This document shows positions 35,937 through 45,222 of a DNA stretch of 55,225 bases, piece by piece. Position numbers and translations under genes: made by a program. The stretch's first letter is position 1; every line of letters starts with the position of its first letter. Under the pieces are notes generated by a model. That model saw nothing but the letters and a program-made list of their open reading frames with translations. It ran no database searches and had not been told where the DNA came from. The stretch is from a virus (Duplodnaviria > Caudoviricetes), in the IMG/VR virus record IMGVR_UViG_3300044675_002532, positions 1 through 55,225 of that record; one strand, given 5' to 3'.

Positions 35937-38773
35937 CAGGTCAACCCTCCGCCCATGTACTTATCGGGCGACTTTGCGTTTGGACTAATCCGGCCACGCG
36001 ATAGGGCACGACCCTTGTGCTTTCGGATATTAGCACGGAACTTATCCATGCGCCGAGCACCCTCCTTGGTCGAGCCGTCCCCCAGCAGAGCCAGCGTTTC
36101 AGCATCAATCACATATTCCCCGTCGCTCAGAAGAGCCGGGATCTTGTCTTCTCGACCCGAGCCGGGACCATCCACGTAGCGGGAACTCTTGGAACCACCC
36201 TTGGCGTAGCCAGTCAGACCGCCCGTAGCCATCCCCGGTTCTTTAGGCGGTTCAACCATAGGCTCAGGGACAGACATCGTTAGCCCAGCATTCATGGCAT
36301 TGCGACGAGCCTCTTCCTGTTGAGCAAGCATTGCGGCCCGCCCGGCATCACTTTGACGATATGCGATTTCCGCAGCATTCTCGGCAGAGCGTTCAGACAG
36401 GTAATTGCGATAGTCGCCTTCGCTCATGCCACTCAACGGAGCCATTCGCTGAACGTACTCGTCATATCGCTCCGGACTCATCTTGCTCTTTTGAGTCCAC
36501 AAATTAAACCAATCAACTCGGTCGCCACTTGGACGCATGTCCTCCTTAACTGGAGTCAGTGGTGAAGGCACGTTCTGATCCTGAACATACTTCTTGTAAA
36601 ATTCCGGATCTTCCTCAGCAATTTGCGGCTTGATGGAAAGCGGTCCCGCAGTGTTTATTGGATACGGAACGAAATTCCTTCGGGTTGAATCGGTGTAATA
36701 ACCTTCAACTCCATCTACCGTAGCTGGGATCAGTACTTGAGCGCCCATCACCATATCTTCCGTATTGCCCGGAGGATTGGCTGGCGGAGACTCAGGCTCT
36801 GACAGGGGAGGCTGTACCGGTTTCTCTAACTGGAAACTACCCTCAAAGAACTTCGCTTCAGGACGAGTTCCGTAGGTGTAGTAGTCCATGTCCGGACTCA
36901 GTTGTTTACGGGTATAGGTGTACTTCGGCAACGCACCGCCCATGCCGCCAGAACCAATGGAAGGACCAGTCGGACCTTGCGGGGTCTTTGAAGTTGCAGA
37001 CCCAATAGCGCCAATCAACTTGAGAATGTTTTCCAAGTTTAGATACTTGTCCTTCAAATCTTTAAGCGGATCAGGCTTATTGATTTTGGGTTCTTTAACC
37101 GGATCAACTGGAGTTGTCGGAGGAACGACAATTGGCGGAATGATAATGTCATCTTTAACAGGCTTGTCTGTTTCAATAACAACTTCATCAAGCGGGTCTT
37201 TTGGAGGAGGGGTGACCACTGGCGGGGTCTCAGGCTCACGCTCCGTTTCAACCTTAACCTCATCAAGAGGCGGCTTCGTCGGAGTAGTAACAACTGGCGG
37301 AGTTTCAGGCTCACGCTCAGTCTCAACCTTAACCTCATCAAGAGGCGGCTTCGTTGGAGTAGTGACAACCGGCGGGGTCTCAGGCTCACGCTCCGTTTCA
37401 ACCTTAACTTCTTCCTCAGGCTTTTCCGGAGCAGCCTCATCCAAAGGACTTTTTGGGGTAGGCTCAGTCACAACCGGAGTAGTCGGCTGATCTCGTTCTG
37501 TTTCAACTTTAACTTCTTCTTCCGCAGCAGGTTGCTCATCAACAGGAGGCTCTTGAGACAACGGCGGTTCTACAACTGGCGGGGGAGGTTCAATCTGATC
37601 CCTAGTTGTTTCAACTTTAACTTCAGGCTCTTTAGTCGAAGGTTGCGAAGCGGCAACAGAAGTCAATGTTGTAGCGGCGTTTGTCAAAGCGCCACCAGTA
37701 TTTGTAATTACATTTACTTGATCAAGATTGTCTACAATACCCTGAGTGATATTAGACGCAGTGGCGTCGTCAATTGTTTCAACTCCACCCTGAAGAACGT
37801 CGCCAGCCTTTGAGGCTGAATTAAGAAGACCGCTATCTTGAACTGCTTTTGTAACTGCCTTAATTGCTTTGTCACTAACAAAAGTCAATCCAGCAGCCAT
37901 TGCCGCAGACTTAAGAACGTCCCCAAGATCGCCGCCTTTAGCTCCGGTAACGCCGCCAGAAATGACCGCATTACCAATCATTTTTGCCTGCAATGTGCTT
38001 AGCGTGTTGTAACCCAAAGCCTCGCCAATCTTGATGCCAATTGTTTCAGGAATAGCTAGAACGCTTTTTACCGCGCTACTGACGCTTGAAAGACCGCCGC
38101 CAGTTCCGCCAGCACTCGCAGCGCCAGCTCCACCAGCACCACCAAGACCGGCAAGCGCAGTTCCACCAGCGTACGCAACACCTCCAATAACAGCGGCGCG
38201 AATCAACTTATCAAAAGCCGTCATCTCTTTGACAAGCTCTTGAGGTTCAAATGCTCTCTGAACATCCGGATAGCCGATAAGCTCTCCAAGCGGCCCAAGT
38301 GCAGCGCCTTCCTTTGGAATCTGGGCAACTTGCAGCGATTGCTCAAGCGCCTTATCTGGCGTGAATTTAACTTCGCGTTCCTTCTGCTCGCCCATCAAAT
38401 CCTTAGGCATAGCATTGAAGAACAACTTCATTTCATCGTTACTAAACGGACCACGAAGCGTTTTCAGTTCAGTTGGATCAATTAGAAGATTCTGTACGTT
38501 GTTGTCCTTGGCATACTTAAATGCAGAATCAAACTGATTGTTTTGCAGAAGGCTAGATAATACTTCTCGCTGGGGTCGGGTCTCAGCAGCAGCTTTCTCT
38601 TTTGCAGCCAACTGCTCAGGAGACTTTCCCTGCATACGCAAGAAGGCAGCCTGCAAACCGGGCGGAATCTTGGGAGCCGCTACCTCGCCACCTTCTGCAT
38701 AAGCTTCAGACAAAGGCCCATAGACCGTCTCTTCAGCATTCGGGATCGTGCCGTAAGTGTAGTAGTTAGCCAT
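35936..38773 (-). CDS. Large internal virion protein with Gly/Ala hydrophobic segment and Pro/Thr/Glu repeats
   Basis: 945 aa; C-terminal GPGSGREDKIPALLSDGEYVI domain; xxxGG motifs. Confidence 0.7.
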   Translation of the reverse strand: MANYYTYGTIPNAEETVYGPLSEAYAEGGEVAAPKIPPGLQAAFLRMQGKSPEQLAAKEKAAAETRPQREVLSSLLQNNQFDSAFKYAKDNNVQNLLIDPTELKTLRGPFSNDEMKLFFNAMPKDLMGEQKEREVKFTPDKALEQSLQVAQIPKEGAALGPLGELIGYPDVQRAFEPQELVKEMTAFDKLIRAAVIGGVAYAGGTALAGLGGAGGAGAASAGGTGGGLSSVSSAVKSVLAIPETIGIKIGEALGYNTLSTLQAKMIGNAVISGGVTGAKGGDLGDVLKSAAMAAGLTFVSDKAIKAVTKAVQDSGLLNSASKAGDVLQGGVETIDDATASNITQGIVDNLDQVNVITNTGGALTNAATTLTSVAASQPSTKEPEVKVETTRDQIEPPPPVVEPPLSQEPPVDEQPAAEEEVKVETERDQPTTPVVTEPTPKSPLDEAAPEKPEEEVKVETEREPETPPVVTTPTKPPLDEVKVETEREPETPPVVTTPTKPPLDEVKVETEREPETPPVVTPPPKDPLDEVVIETDKPVKDDIIIPPIVVPPTTPVDPVKEPKINKPDPLKDLKDKYLNLENILKLIGAIGSATSKTPQGPTGPSIGSGGMGGALPKYTYTRKQLSPDMDYYTYGTRPEAKFFEGSFQLEKPVQPPLSEPESPPANPPGNTEDMVMGAQVLIPATVDGVEGYYTDSTRRNFVPYPINTAGPLSIKPQIAEEDPEFYKKYVQDQNVPSPLTPVKEDMRPSGDRVDWFNLWTQKSKMSPERYDEYVQRMAPLSGMSEGDYRNYLSERSAENAAEIAYRQSDAGRAAMLAQQEEARRNAMNAGLTMSVPEPMVEPPKEPGMATGGLTGYAKGGSKSSRYVDGPGSGREDKIPALLSDGEYVIDAETLALLGDGSTKEGARRMDKFRANIRKHKGRALSRGRISPNAKSPDKYMGGGLT
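37213..37420. repeat. 75-bp tandem repeats (about 3 units) in the coding sequence
   Basis: CAGGCTCACG at 37231, 37306 and 37381; encodes EVKVETEREPETPPVVTTPTKPPLD. Confidence 0.9.
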
Positions 38774-38780
38774 AGTTCAC

Positions 38781-39014
38781 CTAGTCCAAAACTTGATAGA
38801 AGCGAAGCGCCCATTCGCGCCAGTCATCAAACTGATAAGGCGACGGAGGGTTTTGCTGCGAGATACCATTAATACCAATAATGCCTGCCGCCCAATTCTG
38901 CCACTCAGACTCTTTCTCAAGTCGAGCAATAGGACCGTAGCCCTCAAGATCAAAGACTGTGTAATCAGCCCAGTCCTGAAGCTTGTGATAGCGCGGGTCT
39001 GTCAGCAGGCTCAT
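38781..39014 (-). CDS. Small Trp-rich virion-module protein
   Basis: 77 aa, PPSPYQFDDWREWA. Confidence 0.75.
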   Translation of the reverse strand: MSLLTDPRYHKLQDWADYTVFDLEGYGPIARLEKESEWQNWAAGIIGINGISQQNPPSPYQFDDWREWALRFYQVLD

Positions 39015-40621
39015 GGATTCTCTCCGAGCACCGTACCCGTAGCCGGTTCGATGTGGGCGATGATCTGGCCCATCTGGTAATTACCGCCCAGCGTGTTGCT
39101 CTCAAACCGGAATCGCATCTCACGACGGATCTCGCGGAAGTAAACCAACTGCTGCTGTCGATCTGTCAGCGTTGCATAGATAATCTGCGGATCGCTTGTG
39201 ACTTCACCGGCTCTGGCGTTTGCACGACCGGTTACTTGCACCGTCATGTTTCCAGAGAGAATGAAGTCTGGTTCCATGTACTCAATGCGAACCGCCATAT
39301 TCTGCGGTTGCTCAGAAGTCAGCAGCGACATATCCGCCGTTTCAAAGAACGACTGAACGGGGCGGATCTGAGTACCGTTAATCTCATCGGTACCGTACTC
39401 ATGCTGCCACACCACGTAGCCCTTGGGATCATTGATGATGCGCGGCTGGTCATCTTCGGTTACGCGAAGCTCGCTGGTTTGCGTTCCGCGATAGCCAACG
39501 GTCTCAGTATCAATAACACCAACCACAAGCGGCGAGCTAAAGACCTGAGCGTACTGACCGGCAGAGCGACCGCTATTCGGAAGCTCCGTGTCGTACCAAG
39601 TCTGCTCACGCACATTGTAGATAACGGCATGAGTGCACTCGGTTGCATTACCACGCGGGTAACACCACCAGATCTCACCCCAGCGCGGAACTTTATACAC
39701 GAAGACTTTCTGGCGCTGAGCGTAGTTCAGATTGTCAAAGAACCAGTTCAGGTTCAAGCTGTTTGGAACTTCGCGAACCACACCGTTAAACATCAAGAAG
39801 CGGTCAACACCGCACCAGTAGTAAATACCGTCGTACTCAATCACGCTCTGCGATGAGAGAATGCTCGACTGCGAAGTAATAACGTCAAACTGGAATACCG
39901 CAGTTCCACCTACGTAAGAAGCTCTAACCAAAGAGTCCAGCGACCAGAACAAACCGGCTGGCGCATTACCTGCACCGGCTCGAAGCGGTAACCCCTTGAC
40001 GATCTTCTGGCTGGTAACCCGAGCAGCACCGGCATCGCCACCGCTCCAGTCATCCGTATAGCCAGCGCGACTCCACTGCACGAAACCGTCTGATCCATAC
40101 GCAAAGACATACGGAGCCAAAGCAACGATACCGCCAGAGATAGTCAGCGACGGAACCGGAGTTAGCGGAGCTGTGCCGTTGTCATAACCAACGTACAACT
40201 GCCCCGGAGCATCCGAGGAGATGTCAGCTACGTTTGGAGCAACATGCGCCAGAATCTCGTTCTGGTTATTTGTGGTGTTGAACGCCACATCGAACTGCCA
40301 CATGTTGTTGGCATTTGAAACGTAACTCGGATCAGTACGATTCGTGACAATACTGGACTGGCCGTTTTGATCTAACCGAAATCGAAACACACCATCTGAC
40401 GTACCGATATGCACGTATGTATATGCATTATGGTTGTGGATATGCATACCACGAGCAATACCATCCAAACGATCTTGAAGCGCACGATAGCCGCCTATCT
40501 TTCTCGGCAGTCCACGCTGAAAGCGGACCCACTGTCCGTCAACGTAATAGTTGCCCTCAAACTTGGTACCGTCTCGCTTGATACCCGGTTCAGAGCGAAC
40601 AATGACCGGCTGAAGAGGCAT
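39011..40621 (-). CDS. Tail nozzle/head-closure (tail tubular B-like) protein
   Basis: 536 aa beta-rich protein, PGIKRDGT..WVRFQRGLPRKIGG, RWGEIWWCYP. Confidence 0.7.
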   Translation of the reverse strand: MPLQPVIVRSEPGIKRDGTKFEGNYYVDGQWVRFQRGLPRKIGGYRALQDRLDGIARGMHIHNHNAYTYVHIGTSDGVFRFRLDQNGQSSIVTNRTDPSYVSNANNMWQFDVAFNTTNNQNEILAHVAPNVADISSDAPGQLYVGYDNGTAPLTPVPSLTISGGIVALAPYVFAYGSDGFVQWSRAGYTDDWSGGDAGAARVTSQKIVKGLPLRAGAGNAPAGLFWSLDSLVRASYVGGTAVFQFDVITSQSSILSSQSVIEYDGIYYWCGVDRFLMFNGVVREVPNSLNLNWFFDNLNYAQRQKVFVYKVPRWGEIWWCYPRGNATECTHAVIYNVREQTWYDTELPNSGRSAGQYAQVFSSPLVVGVIDTETVGYRGTQTSELRVTEDDQPRIINDPKGYVVWQHEYGTDEINGTQIRPVQSFFETADMSLLTSEQPQNMAVRIEYMEPDFILSGNMTVQVTGRANARAGEVTSDPQIIYATLTDRQQQLVYFREIRREMRFRFESNTLGGNYQMGQIIAHIEPATGTVLGENP

Positions 40622-41817
40622 CAGTACGTACCGCCCTCGATTGGGTCAAGACCCAATGCAATCTGGGCTGCGGATGTACTGGCTGCTGTAAACACAGCGT
40701 TGCCTATGGTGGTTGCTCCCAAGTTCGTTCGCGCACCGCTGGCCGTTGTTGCGCCAGTACCGCCCTGAGAAACCGCAACCGGAATACCAATCGTTGACGT
40801 ATCGGCATCCACCACATTCGTGCCGTCGCAATACAAGATGGCTCTGGCTGCGCTAGAAACAGTAACGCCGGGGCTTGATTGACCGGCTGTTCTGATGCCC
40901 AGCGTGTAAGAACCAGACGTTTGATTACTAACCCAGTACTGTTGAACCGTGGTAGGAACAATAACGTCTCGACTTCCGGTCAGCGTACCCGTAAAGATAT
41001 AAGCAGTCTTATTCAGCTCCGCAACCGACAGGGTATAGTTACCGCTTCCAGAGATATCAATCTGAAGCAGGCTGAATGCGTAGACAGCAGACTGACCAAA
41101 CCCAATCGTCCAGAACTGAACGCCGTTAGTAACAACGATGGCGCTATCACCCGGAGACAATACAAGCGTGCTTGCGCCGTTGATCAACTCTGAACTGCTG
41201 GGGTCCAGCGTCAGATCGCCAGTACCGCTATTGCGAACATTAACGAACCAATCGCTGCCTAAGGTCGGAGCACCATCGAACGACAGCGTGCCACCACCGC
41301 CGGTCCAAACTAGAACCTTGGCGCGATCGCTCGTACCGGTGGTGTAGTTGGTGCTGAAGCTCGTAACCGGCATCGACTGGTTGAGAGTCGTCGCAATTGC
41401 CTTGATGCCAAGGCCAGCCAGTGCAGCGGCATTAGTGGACGAAGCTGAAGCTCCGTATTGGAACGAACGCCACGTACCAGAAACCGTGCTGTTATCGGTC
41501 AGATAAATCTGAAACGTCGTGCCTGATTGCGGAGCGCAAATGACGGTGCCAGTTGCGGTCACAACCGTGAACGTATTAGCGCCGACGTTGTTAAAGAGGA
41601 CCGTCTCACCCGTACCGGCTTCAGTCGCATCCGGCATCGTGATGACAAGGCTGGTCGTCGTCGCATTAACGTCCATGATCTTCGCAACGACATCAGTGCT
41701 CGGAGCAGCCTCAAGCGGCCAGTCCAAAACCTGACTAATCGTCAGCGATACATAGCGGTACGAGACATCGCTCGGGTAGATGTTCGTTCCACCGAAGGTA
41801 TTTGTATAAGTAGTCAC
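40621..41817 (-). CDS. Tail fibre/needle-like structural protein
   Basis: Thr/Ser/Gly-rich; VSQGGTGATTASGARTNLG repeat. Confidence 0.65.
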   Translation of the reverse strand: MTTYTNTFGGTNIYPSDVSYRYVSLTISQVLDWPLEAAPSTDVVAKIMDVNATTTSLVITMPDATEAGTGETVLFNNVGANTFTVVTATGTVICAPQSGTTFQIYLTDNSTVSGTWRSFQYGASASSTNAAALAGLGIKAIATTLNQSMPVTSFSTNYTTGTSDRAKVLVWTGGGGTLSFDGAPTLGSDWFVNVRNSGTGDLTLDPSSSELINGASTLVLSPGDSAIVVTNGVQFWTIGFGQSAVYAFSLLQIDISGSGNYTLSVAELNKTAYIFTGTLTGSRDVIVPTTVQQYWVSNQTSGSYTLGIRTAGQSSPGVTVSSAARAILYCDGTNVVDADTSTIGIPVAVSQGGTGATTASGARTNLGATTIGNAVFTAASTSAAQIALGLDPIEGGTY

Positions 41818-42465
41818 TTATGCCTCCCGGCGATTCGTGGACCGATCAACGATCTTCTGGAGGTCTTCGCCATTGAGCGCAGCCAGCGACCGGTCGTAGT
41901 AGGTCTGCCACAACTGAACGCGCTGATCGTCCTTCACAAACGGCGTGGCTTCCACCAGCGACCCGTACAGCAACAGGTTCGGCGCAAACTCGGTCAGCCA
42001 GTTGGTCTGGTTCGTGTCGTCCAACAGCGGCGGCAGTTCGTAGTACAGAATCTCCATCGGGTAATCCGCAGCCGGGGTCGGCACGAAGATCCAGTGCTTG
42101 TAATCGTAATCGGCGTAAAACAGCGGCTGACCGGTCGTTGTCTCATTCGGCCAGTAGCTACGGACGTATTCGTAAGATCGCGGGAAGACCGGCGTGTGGA
42201 CGTTGTTGTTCGTCCCGGTGCCAAAGTTGATGCTGATGGTGTCGCGCCAGCGATCCGGCTTTGGATAGACCGCTACCCCAGACTGCATGGTGGTATTGAC
42301 CACCGTCTGGAAACCCTGAATCTTCAGTTCACGCGCAATCCGGCGCTCGGCCAGGGTGATCAGCCGGGGGATCTGCTCATAAACAATAGGGTCCGTCGCA
42401 CCACCTCTTTCAAGGTAGTTCCGGATGTCCACTTGCAAACTGGTAAATGTCATCGACGCAGGCAT
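41818..42465 (-). CDS. Head-tail adaptor (tail tubular A-like)
   Basis: MTFTSLQVDIRNYL..LAERRI..PTP..NWL..P.LLLYGSLVEA. Confidence 0.75.
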   Translation of the reverse strand: MPASMTFTSLQVDIRNYLERGGATDPIVYEQIPRLITLAERRIARELKIQGFQTVVNTTMQSGVAVYPKPDRWRDTISINFGTGTNNNVHTPVFPRSYEYVRSYWPNETTTGQPLFYADYDYKHWIFVPTPAADYPMEILYYELPPLLDDTNQTNWLTEFAPNLLLYGSLVEATPFVKDDQRVQLWQTYYDRSLAALNGEDLQKIVDRSTNRREA

Positions 42466-42530
42466 ACACCTCTCCTTAGTCCCGCGTCTTACCAGTCGGG
42501 CAAGACTATTTGGGCACGATTATACCCTAA

Positions 42531-43010
42531 TTAAGACAAATATAGCCTCTGCTCGTCCAGACGGCGCTTGATAAGACCGGGAAGTACCCGACCCCCTGCC
42601 TTGGTCCACTTCATGAACTCTTCCGCCGCCTCTTCAAACCCCCCCCGGTTGGTCTTCATCCGAAGGGAAGAACGCTGGAGATTGCCGAGGCCCACGTTGA
42701 AGGCAAAAGATACGAGAGCATCAAAGATTCCCTGACGGCCAACAGCAGCAGGGCAAAGTCGAACCACACCACGCTCAAACCGGCCAAGGTCTTGAGCAAG
42801 TATCTGGTCCACCTCGTCCATTGAGAGAGTCCGATCCCAGCCTGCGGGTATCGGTAGACTCTTGCGTTCCTCATACTTCACCGCAGCGTGAGCCGGGTCT
42901 ATAACGTGGCCGACCCCGACCGTCCATAGCAGGGCCGGACAGCGATAAGGCTTAGTCCGGACACCCTCATGGTGTTTGATCATGTCGATGGCGGCCTTGG
43001 AGACTTTCAC
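42531..43010 (-). CDS. Endolysin, GH24 lysozyme
   Basis: HEGVRTKPYRCPALLWTVGVGH, FDALVSFAFNVG, KWTKAGG..GLIKRR. Confidence 0.92.
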   Translation of the reverse strand: MKVSKAAIDMIKHHEGVRTKPYRCPALLWTVGVGHVIDPAHAAVKYEERKSLPIPAGWDRTLSMDEVDQILAQDLGRFERGVVRLCPAAVGRQGIFDALVSFAFNVGLGNLQRSSLRMKTNRGGFEEAAEEFMKWTKAGGRVLPGLIKRRLDEQRLYLS

Positions 43011-43492
43011 TTCTTGCCGAATGCTTGGGTACCAAACCAGAAGGCGATGATCGAAGACAGGATCAGCATCTCGTCATCCGAGAACACTTCAGCCATCGCA
43101 GCCGCAAACGGCACACCCGTGTTGTAGGCGTACCACACACCAGCGATGTTGATGGCTACCAGCTCCAGCACGAAGATGTAGGTGACGACCGGACGAACCG
43201 AAGCCCGTAGATTGATCATCCACTGCGATGCGCCTTTGCCGATTTCCATGTCGTGCTGATACAGAGCTACGCGCTCTTCGGCTGCGGACTGCACCTGAAC
43301 TTGCTCCAGCTTGATTTCTTCGACCCGAGCTTGAGCAATGAAGCCTCGTTCAGCCAGAGCTAATTCACGCTCCTTCTGAGCAGCAACAAGGGCGAGTTCA
43401 TGCTTCTTATCCTGACGATCTTGGAAGATCTCAAGAATCTTGGGCAGTCCACCTGCGAGGAATGACAGGAACGTGCTAACCATCGTCATCAT
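43007..43492 (-). CDS. Putative holin
   Basis: TM segments, LRASVRPVVTY, IIAFWFG; adjacent to the endolysin. Confidence 0.6.
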   Translation of the reverse strand: MMTMVSTFLSFLAGGLPKILEIFQDRQDKKHELALVAAQKERELALAERGFIAQARVEEIKLEQVQVQSAAEERVALYQHDMEIGKGASQWMINLRASVRPVVTYIFVLELVAINIAGVWYAYNTGVPFAAAMAEVFSDDEMLILSSIIAFWFGTQAFGKK

Positions 43493-43746
43493 TTGTTGCG
43501 TTCCTCAAGCAATTTGACCCGCAGTTGCAGGTCGTAAATCTTATCTAGCAGTTCTTCTTTCTGTTTCTGGCGATTAGCGGCGCTGATTGGGCTGTCCGTT
43601 GGTACGCCCTCTGGCGTAATCAGGGCGGGCATCTTGCCCTCAATAGCGATCAGACGATTGTTGAATGATGTGATTTCCGTAAGCAGCCAGCCGACAGCGG
43701 CCAGCAGAACTGGGAACAGCATATCCACAATCTTCTGCATGTTCAT
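43489..43746 (-). CDS. Small membrane-anchored protein
   Basis: N-terminal TM segment plus coiled coil. Confidence 0.7.
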   Translation of the reverse strand: MNMQKIVDMLFPVLLAAVGWLLTEITSFNNRLIAIEGKMPALITPEGVPTDSPISAANRQKQKEELLDKIYDLQLRVKLLEERNK

Positions 43747-43964
43747 TTGTCTACCTTCTCATCCAGCTTGTCGAAGATCTTGCCGAGCATGTTTTTAATG
43801 TCGTCAATGTCTCTCTGATAGGTTGTCTGAGTAACATAGTTAAGCGGCATATTGCGAACGTCTTTGTCCAAACGCTCAATGCTGCGGGTGATCTGATTAA
43901 GCGACCATCCACCAAAGAACGCGGCTACACCGACAACGATGTTAAACAAGGCCTGCATTTCCAT
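43743..43964 (-). CDS. Small membrane protein in the lysis region
   Basis: N-terminal TM segment, KIFDKLDEKVDK coiled coil. Confidence 0.75.
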   Translation of the reverse strand: MEMQALFNIVVGVAAFFGGWSLNQITRSIERLDKDVRNMPLNYVTQTTYQRDIDDIKNMLGKIFDKLDEKVDK

Positions 43965-43966
43965 CC

Positions 43967-44338
43967 TTACGGTTCCGAATCAGTTGCAACTTCAAGCACC
44001 GGCTCCGGATCAGGAACCGGAACCCAAGGAAGCGGAACGACCTTCGGCTGCGCGACTTTCTGGTTGTCGATCTGCTGCTGCGCCATACCTTCAAAACGCG
44101 CTACGCCATCAGCGCCGAGTGCATCTTTGGTCCATTGAATGACCTGATCTTCGGTAATGCTGGCAAGGTCGGTGAAGTTGGCGGCGTCCGGCGGTAGCAA
44201 CTTGGTGTCGCCCTGCACAAAGCCCTTCAGGCCGTTCTCGTCAGCGTCGATGTCAAAGCAGACCGTGACCACGACGTTATCAAGGCCATCCTGAGATAAG
44301 CATTCGATCTGACGAACAGACCATTTAAACGTAGTCAT
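43967..44338 (-). CDS. Tail-fibre-associated protein
   Basis: MTTFKW...TEDQVIQW...PLPW pattern. Confidence 0.7.
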   Translation of the reverse strand: MTTFKWSVRQIECLSQDGLDNVVVTVCFDIDADENGLKGFVQGDTKLLPPDAANFTDLASITEDQVIQWTKDALGADGVARFEGMAQQQIDNQKVAQPKVVPLPWVPVPDPEPVLEVATDSEP

Positions 44339-44929
44339 TTAATACTCCTTGCCAAGTACGTCTTTGGCGAATTGATAGTCAGCGGCGTAGTAATTGCGAA
44401 CAAAGTTAATTACCTTGTCGGTAATCACACTTTTGCCAAAGTCGCTCGACTGATTCATAACGGGCATCGGCTCATCAAACGTAGCAACCACGCGATTTAA
44501 TTCCGCCTGCATGTTGTGGTAGTCCAATGCAGTTACCAACGGATGCTTCAGCCAGTCTACTTGTGGACGGAACAGCGCCCAGTTTTGGTCGTACACTTTG
44601 GCAAAGTTATCAATAATTTCGTCGTAACTAATTTCTTCTAGCGACTTATCAATACCGTGTTCAACAAGTCGAGATGCCACAACGCTTGAAAAAATTCGGT
44701 TTTGTTTTGAGTACAGGATCGTGCTTTCAAAACGCTCAAGCGGGTTTCGCAAAAACCCGTAGATCTTGTACTCAGACAAGTTAGGGTAAAGTTCGATGAG
44801 CTTATCGACCGTTTCATGCTTTTCCTTCAAACGGAAAAAACCGTACTGCCTGAGATAGCAACGCAGGGCGGTTGATCCGGTCTTTGTCGGAAGCACAAAC
44901 GCAATTTTTAATCGCTTATCGAAAACCAT
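44339..44929 (-). CDS. Sulfotransferase family protein
   Basis: PTKTGSTAL (5'-PSB-like), FLRNPLERFES (3'-PB-like), YYAADY. Confidence 0.75.
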   Translation of the reverse strand: MVFDKRLKIAFVLPTKTGSTALRCYLRQYGFFRLKEKHETVDKLIELYPNLSEYKIYGFLRNPLERFESTILYSKQNRIFSSVVASRLVEHGIDKSLEEISYDEIIDNFAKVYDQNWALFRPQVDWLKHPLVTALDYHNMQAELNRVVATFDEPMPVMNQSSDFGKSVITDKVINFVRNYYAADYQFAKDVLGKEY

Positions 44930-45219
44930 TACGGCGTCACCGCATCAAAGCCATCCGAGTATTTAAACTTCGGCTCATTTGGGTCTACAAACTTTGCTGT
45001 TGCAGGATCGTAAATAAATCCAATTCCTGCATATCTCCCTCGGAAATTGCCGTTGTACGAAGTTTGCTTCCATACGGCGTTATCTCCGTACAGCGAATGT
45101 AAGAATTCGATTCCTACAGGTTCAGACTGAGGAAACGGAAGGTCGCCAATGACTTCGTTGCTAACGACAACAACCTCAATAACTACATTATTTTCGTCTA
45201 ACTTTGCGAAGTGAGCCAT
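44929..45219 (-). CDS. Tail-associated small protein
   Basis: MAHFAKLDENNVV..WKQTSYNGNFRGRYAGIG. Confidence 0.8.
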   Translation of the reverse strand: MAHFAKLDENNVVIEVVVVSNEVIGDLPFPQSEPVGIEFLHSLYGDNAVWKQTSYNGNFRGRYAGIGFIYDPATAKFVDPNEPKFKYSDGFDAVTP

Positions 45220-45222
45220 ACA

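Noticed and set aside
37213-37420. 75-bp repeats as a CRISPR array
   Set aside because: In-frame coding repeats without unique spacers.
42638-42647. C homopolymer in the endolysin as a phase-variation tract
   Set aside because: The frame is intact and there is no other support.
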